Source: an uncultured virus (IMG/VR IMGVR_UViG_3300030518_000008) (Duplodnaviria > Heunggongvirae > Uroviricota > Caudoviricetes). Taken from it: a DNA stretch of 64,000 nucleotides. The position numbers and the translations under genes were made by a program. The DNA lies in the IMG/VR virus record IMGVR_UViG_3300030518_000008, one strand, 5' to 3'. Below, one piece after another: positions 10,222 to 18,089 of this stretch (positions are counted from its first letter, which is position 1; each line of letters starts with the position of its first letter). The notes beneath the pieces were generated by a model. That model was not told the origin of the DNA. It ran no database searches and saw only the letters and a program-made list of their open reading frames with translations.

Positions 10222-10252
10222 CGGTGCCGAATCATCGCGTCATTGCCGATGA
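10151..10252 (+). pseudogene. Truncated portal 5' fragment (33 codons)
   Basis: First 24 residues MRIPSNPNERAEFVSEIIRACSQS match the portal, then it diverges and stops. Confidence 0.85.
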
Positions 10253-10277
10253 TCCAGCACCGTTTTCCAGAAAGGGT

Positions 10278-10450
10278 TAGCCTGCCCCGCCATGCCTTGC
10301 CTGGCCATGCCTGCCCCGCCTTGCCTGCCTTGCCTGCCATGCCTGCCTTGCCTGCCATGCCTAGCCATGCCTAGCCATGCCTGGCCCCGCCGCGCCTTGC
10401 CTGCCATGCCTAGCCCCGCCTTGCCTTGCCTTGCCTTGCCCCGCCTCGCC
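10278..10450 (-). ncRNA. GGC-NN repeat array, putative guide RNA(s) of a VIPR-like system
   Basis: 36 consecutive GGC triplets with 29 two-nt and 7 single-A spacers; begins 4 nt after the stop of the upstream gene on the same strand. The array is certain; the RNA function is inferred. Confidence 0.75.
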
Positions 10451-10454
10451 CCGA

Positions 10455-10955
10455 TCAGGCCAATTCAAGCCGCTTCGACCGAAGCTTTTTCGACGCGGTT
10501 TGCAGGGCCTCGGTTGCTTCGGCCAGTTCGGTGTATCTGGCTAGGTTAACTCGGAGGGCTTCTATAGAATTTAAATACTGATCGATGATGGATCGCCTCA
10601 ACTCCGGGACGTTGGCCGAGTATTTTGCTGATGTGTAGCGATGCCCGGCATCTATTTGCACAGATACAAACGCCCTGAAGCATTCGTCTGACGGCTTCCC
10701 TGGCTCAATTATAATGATATGGTTGATGAGCTTTCTGGCTTGTTCTTTGCGGTATTCCTCGGCGGCAACGTCATCGTTCCATTCAAATGCCGGATGCAGC
10801 GGCGCGTCCAGAAGACGCGCCGCGTCCACGATGGTTTCTGGTTGAAAGAACTCTCCACACTCTTTGCGGATACGCTCAATCTCTTCTCCCGCCACCTGCG
10901 CGGGGATCGATTTATAAAATCCTTCCTTAAAGGAATAGGTCGGTTTGCGTGCCAT
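10455..10955 (-). CDS. Partner protein of the Cas7/RAMP-like gene (166 aa)
   Basis: MARKPTYSFK... with PETIVDAAR..DAPLHPAFEWNDDVAAEEYRKEQARKLI; ATG overlaps the upstream stop (TGATG). Confidence 0.85.
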   Translation of the reverse strand: MARKPTYSFKEGFYKSIPAQVAGEEIERIRKECGEFFQPETIVDAARLLDAPLHPAFEWNDDVAAEEYRKEQARKLINHIIIIEPGKPSDECFRAFVSVQIDAGHRYTSAKYSANVPELRRSIIDQYLNSIEALRVNLARYTELAEATEALQTASKKLRSKRLELA

Positions 10956-11554
10956 CAAACGTCTCCTGTGCTTTTTACGTGGAAAAGCCCATACATGCCG
11001 TCTCTCTGGGGACGCCATTCGCCAACTCCGATTGCAAATCCCGCAATGGTAAACAAGTGGGTGATTTGTTCGGCAGAAAGTACGCCAGCGTTGTGCCGTA
11101 TGCGCAATGTCGTCCTCCATGGGTTGAATTCGCCACGAAATCTGATGTCGGCGGTTCCCATGCCGATCCGAACCATGTCTTCGCGCGGGCGAGGTTCGCC
11201 TTCTAGTTTGACCAGCTCTCCGACAATGTGAAAGGCGCCGCGTGCCTCGACTTTGGTGATTCCGTCAACATGAGAGCACGCATCAACCGCTGCCGCTTTG
11301 AAAGCGATTGTGGGGAATCCCCAACCACCGCCGGGGTAGGGGTAAAGACTGTCCAGGAAATCCGTTTCCGGGGATTTTGCATCCTTTGCTGCCTTTGCCC
11401 GCTTCATCTGCTTGTCAAGCATTTCCTTTTTGGCCTTCTCTGACCAGCTATGACAGATGAGTGGGGCATCGCCGATAAGGGTGATCTGCATATCACGAAG
11501 ATCGAATAGCGGCATTACGAGAGGCGGTTTATTAACCGCCGCAGCCTTGGCCAT
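10955..11554 (-). CDS. Stand-alone Cas7/RAMP-superfamily-like protein (Vipr-like)
   Basis: RAMP-like layout: ITLIGDAPLICH first strand, FPTIAFKAAAVDA helix, DIRFRGEF, C-terminal Gly-rich loop AGFAIGVGEWRPQRDGMYGLF. Confidence 0.75.
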   Translation of the reverse strand: MAKAAAVNKPPLVMPLFDLRDMQITLIGDAPLICHSWSEKAKKEMLDKQMKRAKAAKDAKSPETDFLDSLYPYPGGGWGFPTIAFKAAAVDACSHVDGITKVEARGAFHIVGELVKLEGEPRPREDMVRIGMGTADIRFRGEFNPWRTTLRIRHNAGVLSAEQITHLFTIAGFAIGVGEWRPQRDGMYGLFHVKSTGDV

Positions 11555-11578
11555 GGGTCAGACCCTTGGTTGAGGTTA

Positions 11579-11610
11579 GGTCATACGGAAGCGCCAACTT
11601 CCGTATGACC
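11579..11610. promoter_or_regulatory. Perfect 13-bp inverted repeat in the leader of the RAMP-like operon
   Basis: GGTCATACGGAAG-cgccaa-CTTCCGTATGACC. Confidence 0.6.
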
Positions 11611-11612
11611 GT

Positions 11613-11640
11613 ATATTATGAATACCGGAGAGTTTGTAAA
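11613..11640 (-). promoter_or_regulatory. Possible sigma70 promoter for the RAMP-like operon
   Basis: Minus strand TTTACA-16 nt-TAATAT in an AT-rich stretch. Confidence 0.35.
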
Positions 11641-11672
11641 GTGATTTACCCGTGCGGCGGCTGCATTTTGGC

Positions 11673-11761
11673 GTGGTATGATTTCACACCATGAGAATCC
11701 CATCGAACCCGAATGAGCGGGCCGAATTCGTCTCCGAGATCATCCGCGCGTGCTCGCAGTC
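11673..11761 (+). repeat. 89-bp exact direct repeat, right copy
   Basis: Identical to 10133-10221; carries the TATGAT of an extended -10-like TGGTATGAT 8 nt before the portal ATG. Confidence 0.97.
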
Positions 11762-13469
11762 GCGTTCGGAGCGCATTCAGCGGGGCTTGGCGTTCAGAAA
11801 TCTGTTCCTGACCGGCGACGAGAACGGCGTTCCGCAGACATTTCTGCGAACACAGGACTTCATCCGCGATGTCCTGGCCATTCTCTACAGCCCGATAGGT
11901 CTGCGCTTCAAATGTGAGTATTTCGGGCAGGTCAGCCCAGCCGAGCGCGCCAAGGGCTCGGCTGCGGCGGCCGGGCTGCTCCAACACGTCATCAACAACA
12001 ACATCGACGACAATATCAGCGACATCGTCCTCTGGTCCCTGGTCAAGGGGAAGACGATACAGCAGCTTCTGTGGTCGCGGGGCGGCTTCGAGAGCTGGCT
12101 GATCCAGCCCGAATCATTTGGCGTCTACAATGAGAACGTCTCCAGCCTGGCCCGCCAGGAAGCGTTCATTCACTCGACGTTCCCGACGCGCAGCCGGTTT
12201 CGCCAGATCATTTCCGGACTGCCGCCGGCCAAGCAGGCGGCGCTGATGAAGGCAGCCGACAACCTCCAGACGAAAAACCGCGGCGGGGAGGACAACAACG
12301 GCACGCTCAAACAGATTATCGTTGGCGGCCTTTACCCGTTCCAGGCGGGCGGCAGCTCGCCGGCCACCGGCGGCGGCACCGTAACCCACCTGTTCGCCCC
12401 CCAGCCGGCGATGCAGTCCGCCGTTGTCGACCAGCTCGTGCCGCTGGAGGAAGTCTGGATGTGGAACAACGCCCAGGATGACTGGGCAACGGTCACCATG
12501 CTCGGCGAGCAGATCGTGTTTGGCGAAGATGTCCTGTTCAACGCCTTCGCCCAGGGGTCTGACACCCAGCGGGGGGTTTACAACGAGGACAACCCGCTGA
12601 GGGGCCAGCACGGCTTCGTTGAATACTGCGCCCTGCCGCTGGACGGCTATTTCTGGGGGGTGAGCTTCGTTAGCCTCGTGGCCCTGCTCCAGCGATCCCT
12701 GAACAACCGCATTGACGGCATCAACCGGATGCTGCGGATGCAGGAAGACCCGGCCCGGTTCTTCACCGGCAGCACGTCGATCAACCAGAACGCCTATGCC
12801 AAGCTGAACAAGCCGGGCGGATATTTCACAGACGGCAACCCCAGCGCGAAAGTCGAGAAGCTTGCCGATCAGGTGCCGCCCGACATCTGGAAATCGTTCG
12901 CCGAGATCAATGGAATGTTCGACACCATCGGTGGGTTCCCCCCGATCATGCGGGGAGAAGGCGAGGGGTCGGTACGCAGCCAGGGGCAGTCAGACACCTT
13001 GGTGCGGCAGGGTGCGGCACGGCACTTAGATGCGGCCCTTAAAATAGAGCGTTCTGTTGAGTGCGCGGGCGGGGTGATTTTCGACCTCTTGCGCGCCAAG
13101 AGCAGTCAGCGGCTGACGGCATGGGTGATGCCGAACGAGCAGTCCATTCAAACGGACATCGAGCCGGACCCGTCCCTTGAGCCGCCGGTCAAGGGCATGC
13201 AGCCGATAACGTTCACTTACTCAAACATGTTGGACAACACGAAAGTCAGCGTGGACAGCCATTCGTCCAGCCCGGCGTTCTCGCACGACATCAGGGAGCT
13301 GGCGTTCGCCTTGGCTAAAATCGGCGCCGCTTCACCGAAGCGGGTTGCTCAGATCATCGGCGCACCGATGCAGGATGAGCTGGTCGAGGATGCTGAGCGG
13401 AAGGAAATCGAGACCGCTGCGTTGTTGCAGGCGCACCCGGAGCTGCTTGAAAAGCATCATAAGAAGTAA
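11691..13469 (+). CDS. Portal protein
   Basis: 592 aa between terminase and scaffold/capsid; FWGVS...LQRSLNNRIDGI and GFPPIMRGE...S segments typical of podovirus portals. Confidence 0.8.
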   Translation: MRIPSNPNERAEFVSEIIRACSQSRSERIQRGLAFRNLFLTGDENGVPQTFLRTQDFIRDVLAILYSPIGLRFKCEYFGQVSPAERAKGSAAAAGLLQHVINNNIDDNISDIVLWSLVKGKTIQQLLWSRGGFESWLIQPESFGVYNENVSSLARQEAFIHSTFPTRSRFRQIISGLPPAKQAALMKAADNLQTKNRGGEDNNGTLKQIIVGGLYPFQAGGSSPATGGGTVTHLFAPQPAMQSAVVDQLVPLEEVWMWNNAQDDWATVTMLGEQIVFGEDVLFNAFAQGSDTQRGVYNEDNPLRGQHGFVEYCALPLDGYFWGVSFVSLVALLQRSLNNRIDGINRMLRMQEDPARFFTGSTSINQNAYAKLNKPGGYFTDGNPSAKVEKLADQVPPDIWKSFAEINGMFDTIGGFPPIMRGEGEGSVRSQGQSDTLVRQGAARHLDAALKIERSVECAGGVIFDLLRAKSSQRLTAWVMPNEQSIQTDIEPDPSLEPPVKGMQPITFTYSNMLDNTKVSVDSHSSSPAFSHDIRELAFALAKIGAASPKRVAQIIGAPMQDELVEDAERKEIETAALLQAHPELLEKHHKK

Positions 13470-13488
13470 CGGGCATGGCCGGGCCGCC

Positions 13489-13562
13489 GGGCTGGTGTGG
13501 GACTCGAACCCACACGCACGGCGCTTCCGCCGCTCTCTGAACCACTTGAGAATAACCAGCCC
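13489..13562 (-). ncRNA. tRNA-like RNA with a 4-nt loop in place of the anticodon loop
   Basis: Acceptor GGCTGGT/ACCAGCC; D arm TCTC-AAGTGGTTCA-GAGA; CGGCG-GAAG-CGCCG; T arm GTGGG-TTCGAGT-CCCAC; no encoded CCA. Confidence 0.75.
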
Positions 13563-13578
13563 AGCGGGGGCGCCTATA

Positions 13579-14280
13579 TCACGCGACGACGCTAACGTGG
13601 AAGTAATCTGCCCCCGCAATCCCGTTCGTGGTCGGCGTGCTTCCGTATGACACAGACAGCCGGCCATTCGACAGGTCGGCGGTGGTGTATCCGGACAGCG
13701 TCACCCCGACTTCTGGCTTCCCGAAGGCGGTGAAAACCCCGGTCAGGCCCGTATAGCCGGACGCGCCCTGGCCATTGAGCCATGTCAGGGCGAAATCCTG
13801 CGGTGTGACGCCCCAGCAGGTGATGCCGTCGCCGGCGTGCCCGTCCGAAATGGTGTCCCACTGGTTCAGAACCAGCGAGCGGGCGTCGAGGTAAAACTGG
13901 TTGTCGCCCGAGCCGCCGGTGAGGAAGTCGGACCCCGCCCCAGCGTCCAGGATGTTGTTGCCGCCGCCCGCTGAGGTGTTGATCGAGCACAAATCGAAGC
14001 CGCCGCCCGCCAGAATGAACACATCCGGCGTTGTCGCCGCTGACGACACATCCAGCGTGCTTTGTCCGGCGGCAAAGCCAGGCCCCGGTCCGGATGCCAG
14101 CTCGGCTGCCGCCCCGGCCTGCGTTGTGACGGCCCCGCCCAGGTCCAGCTCGGACTGAATGCTCGCAACCGGCCCCGAGTAGGGCGTTCCAGCGTCCTCG
14201 GCCTCGCCGCCGAAGGAGTTGAAGACGTAGAACTCGCCGCTGGTGGGCGTTGGGGTCGGCACGCTCGGTTTGGCTGTCAT
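13579..14280 (-). CDS. RTX/Ca-binding-repeat-like protein, probably host-derived
   Basis: GGGNNILDAGAGSDFLTGGSGDNQFYLDAR nonapeptide-like repeats; opposite strand to the head genes. Confidence 0.65.
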   Translation of the reverse strand: MTAKPSVPTPTPTSGEFYVFNSFGGEAEDAGTPYSGPVASIQSELDLGGAVTTQAGAAAELASGPGPGFAAGQSTLDVSSAATTPDVFILAGGGFDLCSINTSAGGGNNILDAGAGSDFLTGGSGDNQFYLDARSLVLNQWDTISDGHAGDGITCWGVTPQDFALTWLNGQGASGYTGLTGVFTAFGKPEVGVTLSGYTTADLSNGRLSVSYGSTPTTNGIAGADYFHVSVVA

Positions 14281-14526
14281 AGAAATTGTTTCCTGTTCTG
14301 GTTCGCCGTTCTGGCAGATCAGAATTGACTTGCACAATCCCAACGTCAAGGAATTTCCAGACACAATCGAGCTCGTTCGTTGTGCGTTGTTTGTTCTTTT
14401 CCGCAAATTAGGTCAGTACTGCTGACGTTCCTTGACCTTCATCGTTTCCATAGGTTAAGAGTCGCGTGTCTCAGGCCCTGAGATCCCCCGTGGGTAGCTC
14501 TGGGGGTGCTTTGAAGGAGAAACCCT

Positions 14527-14565
14527 ATGATTCGTTTTCGGCGCGGCCGCAAACACAAGCGGTGA
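14527..14565 (+). CDS. 12-aa basic micropeptide MIRFRRGRKHKR
   Basis: Strong RBS GAAGGAGA 6 nt before the ATG; followed by a GC hairpin. Confidence 0.6.
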   Translation: MIRFRRGRKHKR

Positions 14566-14612
14566 TCGAAGCTGGCGCCGCCAGCAGCGGCGCCACTTCT
14601 CTGGAGGTTTGA

Positions 14613-15050
14613 GTGGGTTTGGCACCGATGCCGATGGGCGTACCTGGCGGGGGGTTACCTCCCGGCATGCCCGCGCCCGGTGGTCAGGGTATGCCAGGCG
14701 CTCCGCCGGCCAATGTTGGCCCGCATACCATCCCGCAGAACAATCCCGGCAATTCCAAAGAGGCGCTGGTCAAGTTGACGCAGGCCGCTGATCTGATCGG
14801 CAAGGCGATCCCGTCCGTGCCGATGGGGTCTGACATGCACCAGAAGGTGCTCAAGATCGCCACCGATCTGACGAAGCTGGTCGGCGAATTCCGCGATGTC
14901 GCCTCCAAGCAGGAACAAGCCCAGATGCTTGTTCAGCACCTGATGCAGATGCGTCAGCAGGGCGGCCAGCCCGGCGGCCCAATGCCAGCTCCACCCAACG
15001 CCGGCCCCGCGATGGCGCCGCCCGGCGGCGCTCCACCACCCGGAATGTAG
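14613..15050 (+). CDS. Pro/Gly/Met-rich head-module protein
   Basis: GGAGG RBS; lies between portal and scaffold. Confidence 0.7.
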   Translation: MGLAPMPMGVPGGGLPPGMPAPGGQGMPGAPPANVGPHTIPQNNPGNSKEALVKLTQAADLIGKAIPSVPMGSDMHQKVLKIATDLTKLVGEFRDVASKQEQAQMLVQHLMQMRQQGGQPGGPMPAPPNAGPAMAPPGGAPPPGM

Positions 15051-15060
15051 GAGAACACCC

Positions 15061-15267
15061 ATGGCGAGTTCCAATACCAGCAACGCCCCAGGCGGCGGAT
15101 CTAGCCCGTTCGCTCCGTACGTGACGACGATCAACATGGACGATCCGCTGATGAAGCGCGTTCCGTTCACGATGATGGACATCGGCGCTAACGCGGCGTC
15201 CATGCCCGGCTTCAAGTCTGGCGTCGGTTCGATCGAGCACACCGGCAAGTCGCCGACGAAAGCCTAA
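15061..15267 (+). CDS. Small head-module protein
   Basis: AGGAGA RBS. Confidence 0.7.
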   Translation: MASSNTSNAPGGGSSPFAPYVTTINMDDPLMKRVPFTMMDIGANAASMPGFKSGVGSIEHTGKSPTKA

Positions 15268-15861
15268 TTGGTGAGTGACGCCAGAACCCCGGCACAGATC
15301 GCCCAGCAGAGCGTTCAGTTGCTCAATCAGCTTCTCGGTGATCCGCGCACGGCGCCGGAAGCTGAGAAGCTGATCCAGACACTCAACCCGCAGGCTGAAT
15401 TTCCCTATCGCCAGCAGCGCGAGGCCGTTCTTGGCCCGGTGATGGGTGAGCTGGAGAAAGAGCGCGCCCGCGTGGCTGCGCTGGAGGAAAAGTGGAACGC
15501 CCGTGAGGCCGCCGAGGCCAAGCGGGAGACCAAGCGGCACGAAGATGAGCTGCTGGCTCGCATGGAGGCTGTGAAATCCAAGCGCGGGCTGTCGGACGAC
15601 GCGATGCAGCGCGTCATGGACCGCATGCGCGCGAACAACAATCCGGATGTCGAGGCTGCCGCCGCGTGGGTGGCCGAGAGCGTGCCCAAGCCGGCACCCG
15701 CCGCTGGATATGACTACCTGCCAAGCACGGTTGATCCGTTCGGCACCGCCTCGAAGGACGAGACGTGGGCGGCTTTGCACAAAAGCCCCGATCAGTGGCT
15801 CACCGCCGAGCTGCGCTCGATCGTCCGTGACCCAGAATTCACCCGTCTCGGTGGCGCTTAG
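15268..15861 (+). CDS. Putative scaffolding protein
   Basis: Charged coiled coil directly upstream of the capsid gene. Confidence 0.65.
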   Translation: MVSDARTPAQIAQQSVQLLNQLLGDPRTAPEAEKLIQTLNPQAEFPYRQQREAVLGPVMGELEKERARVAALEEKWNAREAAEAKRETKRHEDELLARMEAVKSKRGLSDDAMQRVMDRMRANNNPDVEAAAAWVAESVPKPAPAAGYDYLPSTVDPFGTASKDETWAALHKSPDQWLTAELRSIVRDPEFTRLGGA

Positions 15862-15874
15862 GAGAACCCGGTAG

Positions 15875-16969
15875 ATGTCAGGTTCAATAACCCAATTTAC
15901 CGGCCCCAGCAGTGGCGGCATGGTTCCTGGCGGTCTAACCGGCCAGCAGCTTTCCTACATCACGCGCCGGGCGATCATCCCGACCGTGTTCGTGCAGGTC
16001 TACCAGGCGCATCCGCTGCTGTCGCTGCTGCTGGCGAATACCCAAGCGGCCATGGGCGGTGTCGGGCAGATCACCTTCCCGGTTCAGGGATCGAGCTTCG
16101 TGTCGTTCCAGTGGGGCGGCTTCGGCGGTGACTTTCAGATCCCGCAGGATCAGGTCGCACTGAACAACGCTCAGTTCAACCTCAAGGCCGGCATGGTTCC
16201 GATCGGCTTCTTCGGGTTTGAGAGTATAATCCAGTCTTCTGAAGTCGTTATTCCCAAGCTTCGGGCGGTGACATCGGACGCCGCAGTCGTTATGAAGCAG
16301 TCGCTTGCTACTTCTCTGTATTCATATACTCAGAATACTCTAGCTCTAGATTCTCTAGTTGGCGCATACGATAACGGCACAAACACCGCGACGTATGGGG
16401 GCATCGCCCGTACCAACGGCTACTGGCAGGGTCAGTTTTACCCGAACTCGGCGACGATATCGAACCGCCTGGGCATCGCTCAGGCCCTGGTGAAGGTTCA
16501 GACGGGCGCGGGCGGCGAGTCACCCGACTTCATTATCATGAACCCGGTGAACTGGGCCACGCTGATGGCCGACTTCATGGGCGCCGAGATTTTCAACACC
16601 GATCCGCGCAGCCGCTATGGCCGGGGTGATGTGGTGAACGCCGGCTTCCGCGCGATCCGGGTGCTCGACACGCCGATTTTCTCGGACCCATTCTGTCCGG
16701 TCGGTGAGATGTACATGATCAACTCGCGCTATCTCGCGATGTTCATGCACCCTTCGTTGCAGATGTATTTTACTGGCTTTGAATCTATGATTCCGCAAGG
16801 GCAGTTGGCCTCGATCGGCGTCCTCGTTGCCGCGCTCAACATGTGCTGCATGAAGCCGTCTTCGGGTGCGCACTTCACCGGCCTCCAGTCTCCTGGCTGG
16901 GTGGGCGGACCGCCGCCGCCGCCGGCAATCGCCTCTGCTACCGCCTTCGCTGGCGCTCCACTGGTCTAA
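15875..16969 (+). CDS. Major capsid protein
   Basis: 364 aa, AGGAGA RBS, PDFIIMNP and PIFSDPFCPVGEMYMINSRYL (HK97-fold-like motifs). Confidence 0.85.
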   Translation: MSGSITQFTGPSSGGMVPGGLTGQQLSYITRRAIIPTVFVQVYQAHPLLSLLLANTQAAMGGVGQITFPVQGSSFVSFQWGGFGGDFQIPQDQVALNNAQFNLKAGMVPIGFFGFESIIQSSEVVIPKLRAVTSDAAVVMKQSLATSLYSYTQNTLALDSLVGAYDNGTNTATYGGIARTNGYWQGQFYPNSATISNRLGIAQALVKVQTGAGGESPDFIIMNPVNWATLMADFMGAEIFNTDPRSRYGRGDVVNAGFRAIRVLDTPIFSDPFCPVGEMYMINSRYLAMFMHPSLQMYFTGFESMIPQGQLASIGVLVAALNMCCMKPSSGAHFTGLQSPGWVGGPPPPPAIASATAFAGAPLV

Positions 16970-16981
16970 GGGAACCCCGAC

Positions 16982-18079
16982 ATGCCAAATCGTTATGGTG
17001 GCGTAGGCATTACGCTCCCGCTGAATCAGCTAGGCACCAACAACTTCACGCTTCAGGCCGGCGAGGTGATGTACATCCCGCCCGGCTACTTCAACATCGC
17101 GCACGGGCCGTACTCGAGCATTCAGGTCTACGATCCGGTGATGACGGTGTGGCGCCCGATTGCCAACGACGGCTTCGAGGGCAACTTTGTTCAGGTGGAC
17201 TCGGACGGCGGAAACTACCGCATCGCCAACCAGACGGGTTGCCCGGTTGCCGCGGTGCTGTCGAATGCCGGCACGGGCTACACCTCGGCGCCGACGATCA
17301 CGGCGGCGGCTGGGTCAAGCTCCTGGGTCGCGATCATGGGTCAAGTCGTCAGCACGACGGCAACCGTGGTCCTTGGCGGCTCCAACTACGTTTATCCGCC
17401 GCTGCTGGTGATTGGCGCTCCTGGCTCGCCAGGCATTCCCGCGACCGGCTATACCACGCTCACGTCGGGCTCGATTTCCTCCGCCACCATCTTAAACCAG
17501 GGTGCGGGCTATCTGACGGCGCCGACCGTGTCGGTGCTGAACGATCCGCGCGACACCACGGGTTCCGGCGGTATGGTTACGGTGTCGCTGACGGGCAGCC
17601 AGACGGTGAACGCCGTCATTTGCACCAATCACGGCCTGCCGATCACCTCGCAGACCGTTCCGGCGCTGACGTTCTCCGGTGGTGGCGGCTCGTCAGCCGC
17701 GGCCACGATCATCATGGACTGGACGGTGACATCCTATGCCGTCACGGCCGGCGGTCTTGGCTACTCGGTTTGGGCGCAGGTTGGCACGATCGGTTTCGGT
17801 GCGCCGACAATCGCGCCGGCTTATACCAACCCGAACTCGCAGGCGTCCTTCTTCCGTGGCCGCTCGCCGGTGATCAACGCGGCGCTCAGTTCCAACGCCA
17901 TTACGGCGACGGGGCAGACGCTGGTGGACGGTGGGCATATTGCTTCGGCGGCGAACGCCACGAACAACATGCAGATCGCGATTTATGGCGGCGTTCTCAC
18001 CGGCTCGACCTCGACCGTTGCCACTCTGACGCTCGGCGTTGGCGGCGTGTCCGATTTCCTCTGGATGCAGGCGGGCTAG
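16982..18079 (+). CDS. Virion structural/decoration protein with GxGYTSAPTV repeats
   Basis: Follows the capsid gene; NAGTGYTSAPTIT and NQGAGYLTAPTVS. Confidence 0.65.
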   Translation: MPNRYGGVGITLPLNQLGTNNFTLQAGEVMYIPPGYFNIAHGPYSSIQVYDPVMTVWRPIANDGFEGNFVQVDSDGGNYRIANQTGCPVAAVLSNAGTGYTSAPTITAAAGSSSWVAIMGQVVSTTATVVLGGSNYVYPPLLVIGAPGSPGIPATGYTTLTSGSISSATILNQGAGYLTAPTVSVLNDPRDTTGSGGMVTVSLTGSQTVNAVICTNHGLPITSQTVPALTFSGGGGSSAAATIIMDWTVTSYAVTAGGLGYSVWAQVGTIGFGAPTIAPAYTNPNSQASFFRGRSPVINAALSSNAITATGQTLVDGGHIASAANATNNMQIAIYGGVLTGSTSTVATLTLGVGGVSDFLWMQAG

Positions 18080-18089
18080 GTGGGCTTGT

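Noticed and set aside
10278..10450. Canonical CRISPR array or simple microsatellite
   Set aside because: No 25-45-nt repeats with unique spacers; the invariant GGC with variable NN does not fit uniform microsatellite decay
10292..10549. Plus-strand ORF MPCLAMPAPPCLPCL...
   Set aside because: Translation shadow of the GGC-NN array; no RBS and antisense to the operon
10956..11120. N-terminal extension of ORF 10455..11120
   Set aside because: Overlaps the RAMP-like gene out of frame; the coupled ATG at 10955 is the better start
10133..11761. 89-bp repeats as a DGR template/variable pair or IS target duplication
   Set aside because: The copies are identical with no adenine-specific differences; no reverse transcriptase or transposase seen; too long for a typical target duplication
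13489..13562. Functional decoding tRNA
   Set aside because: The anticodon loop has only 4 nt, so no anticodon can be assigned
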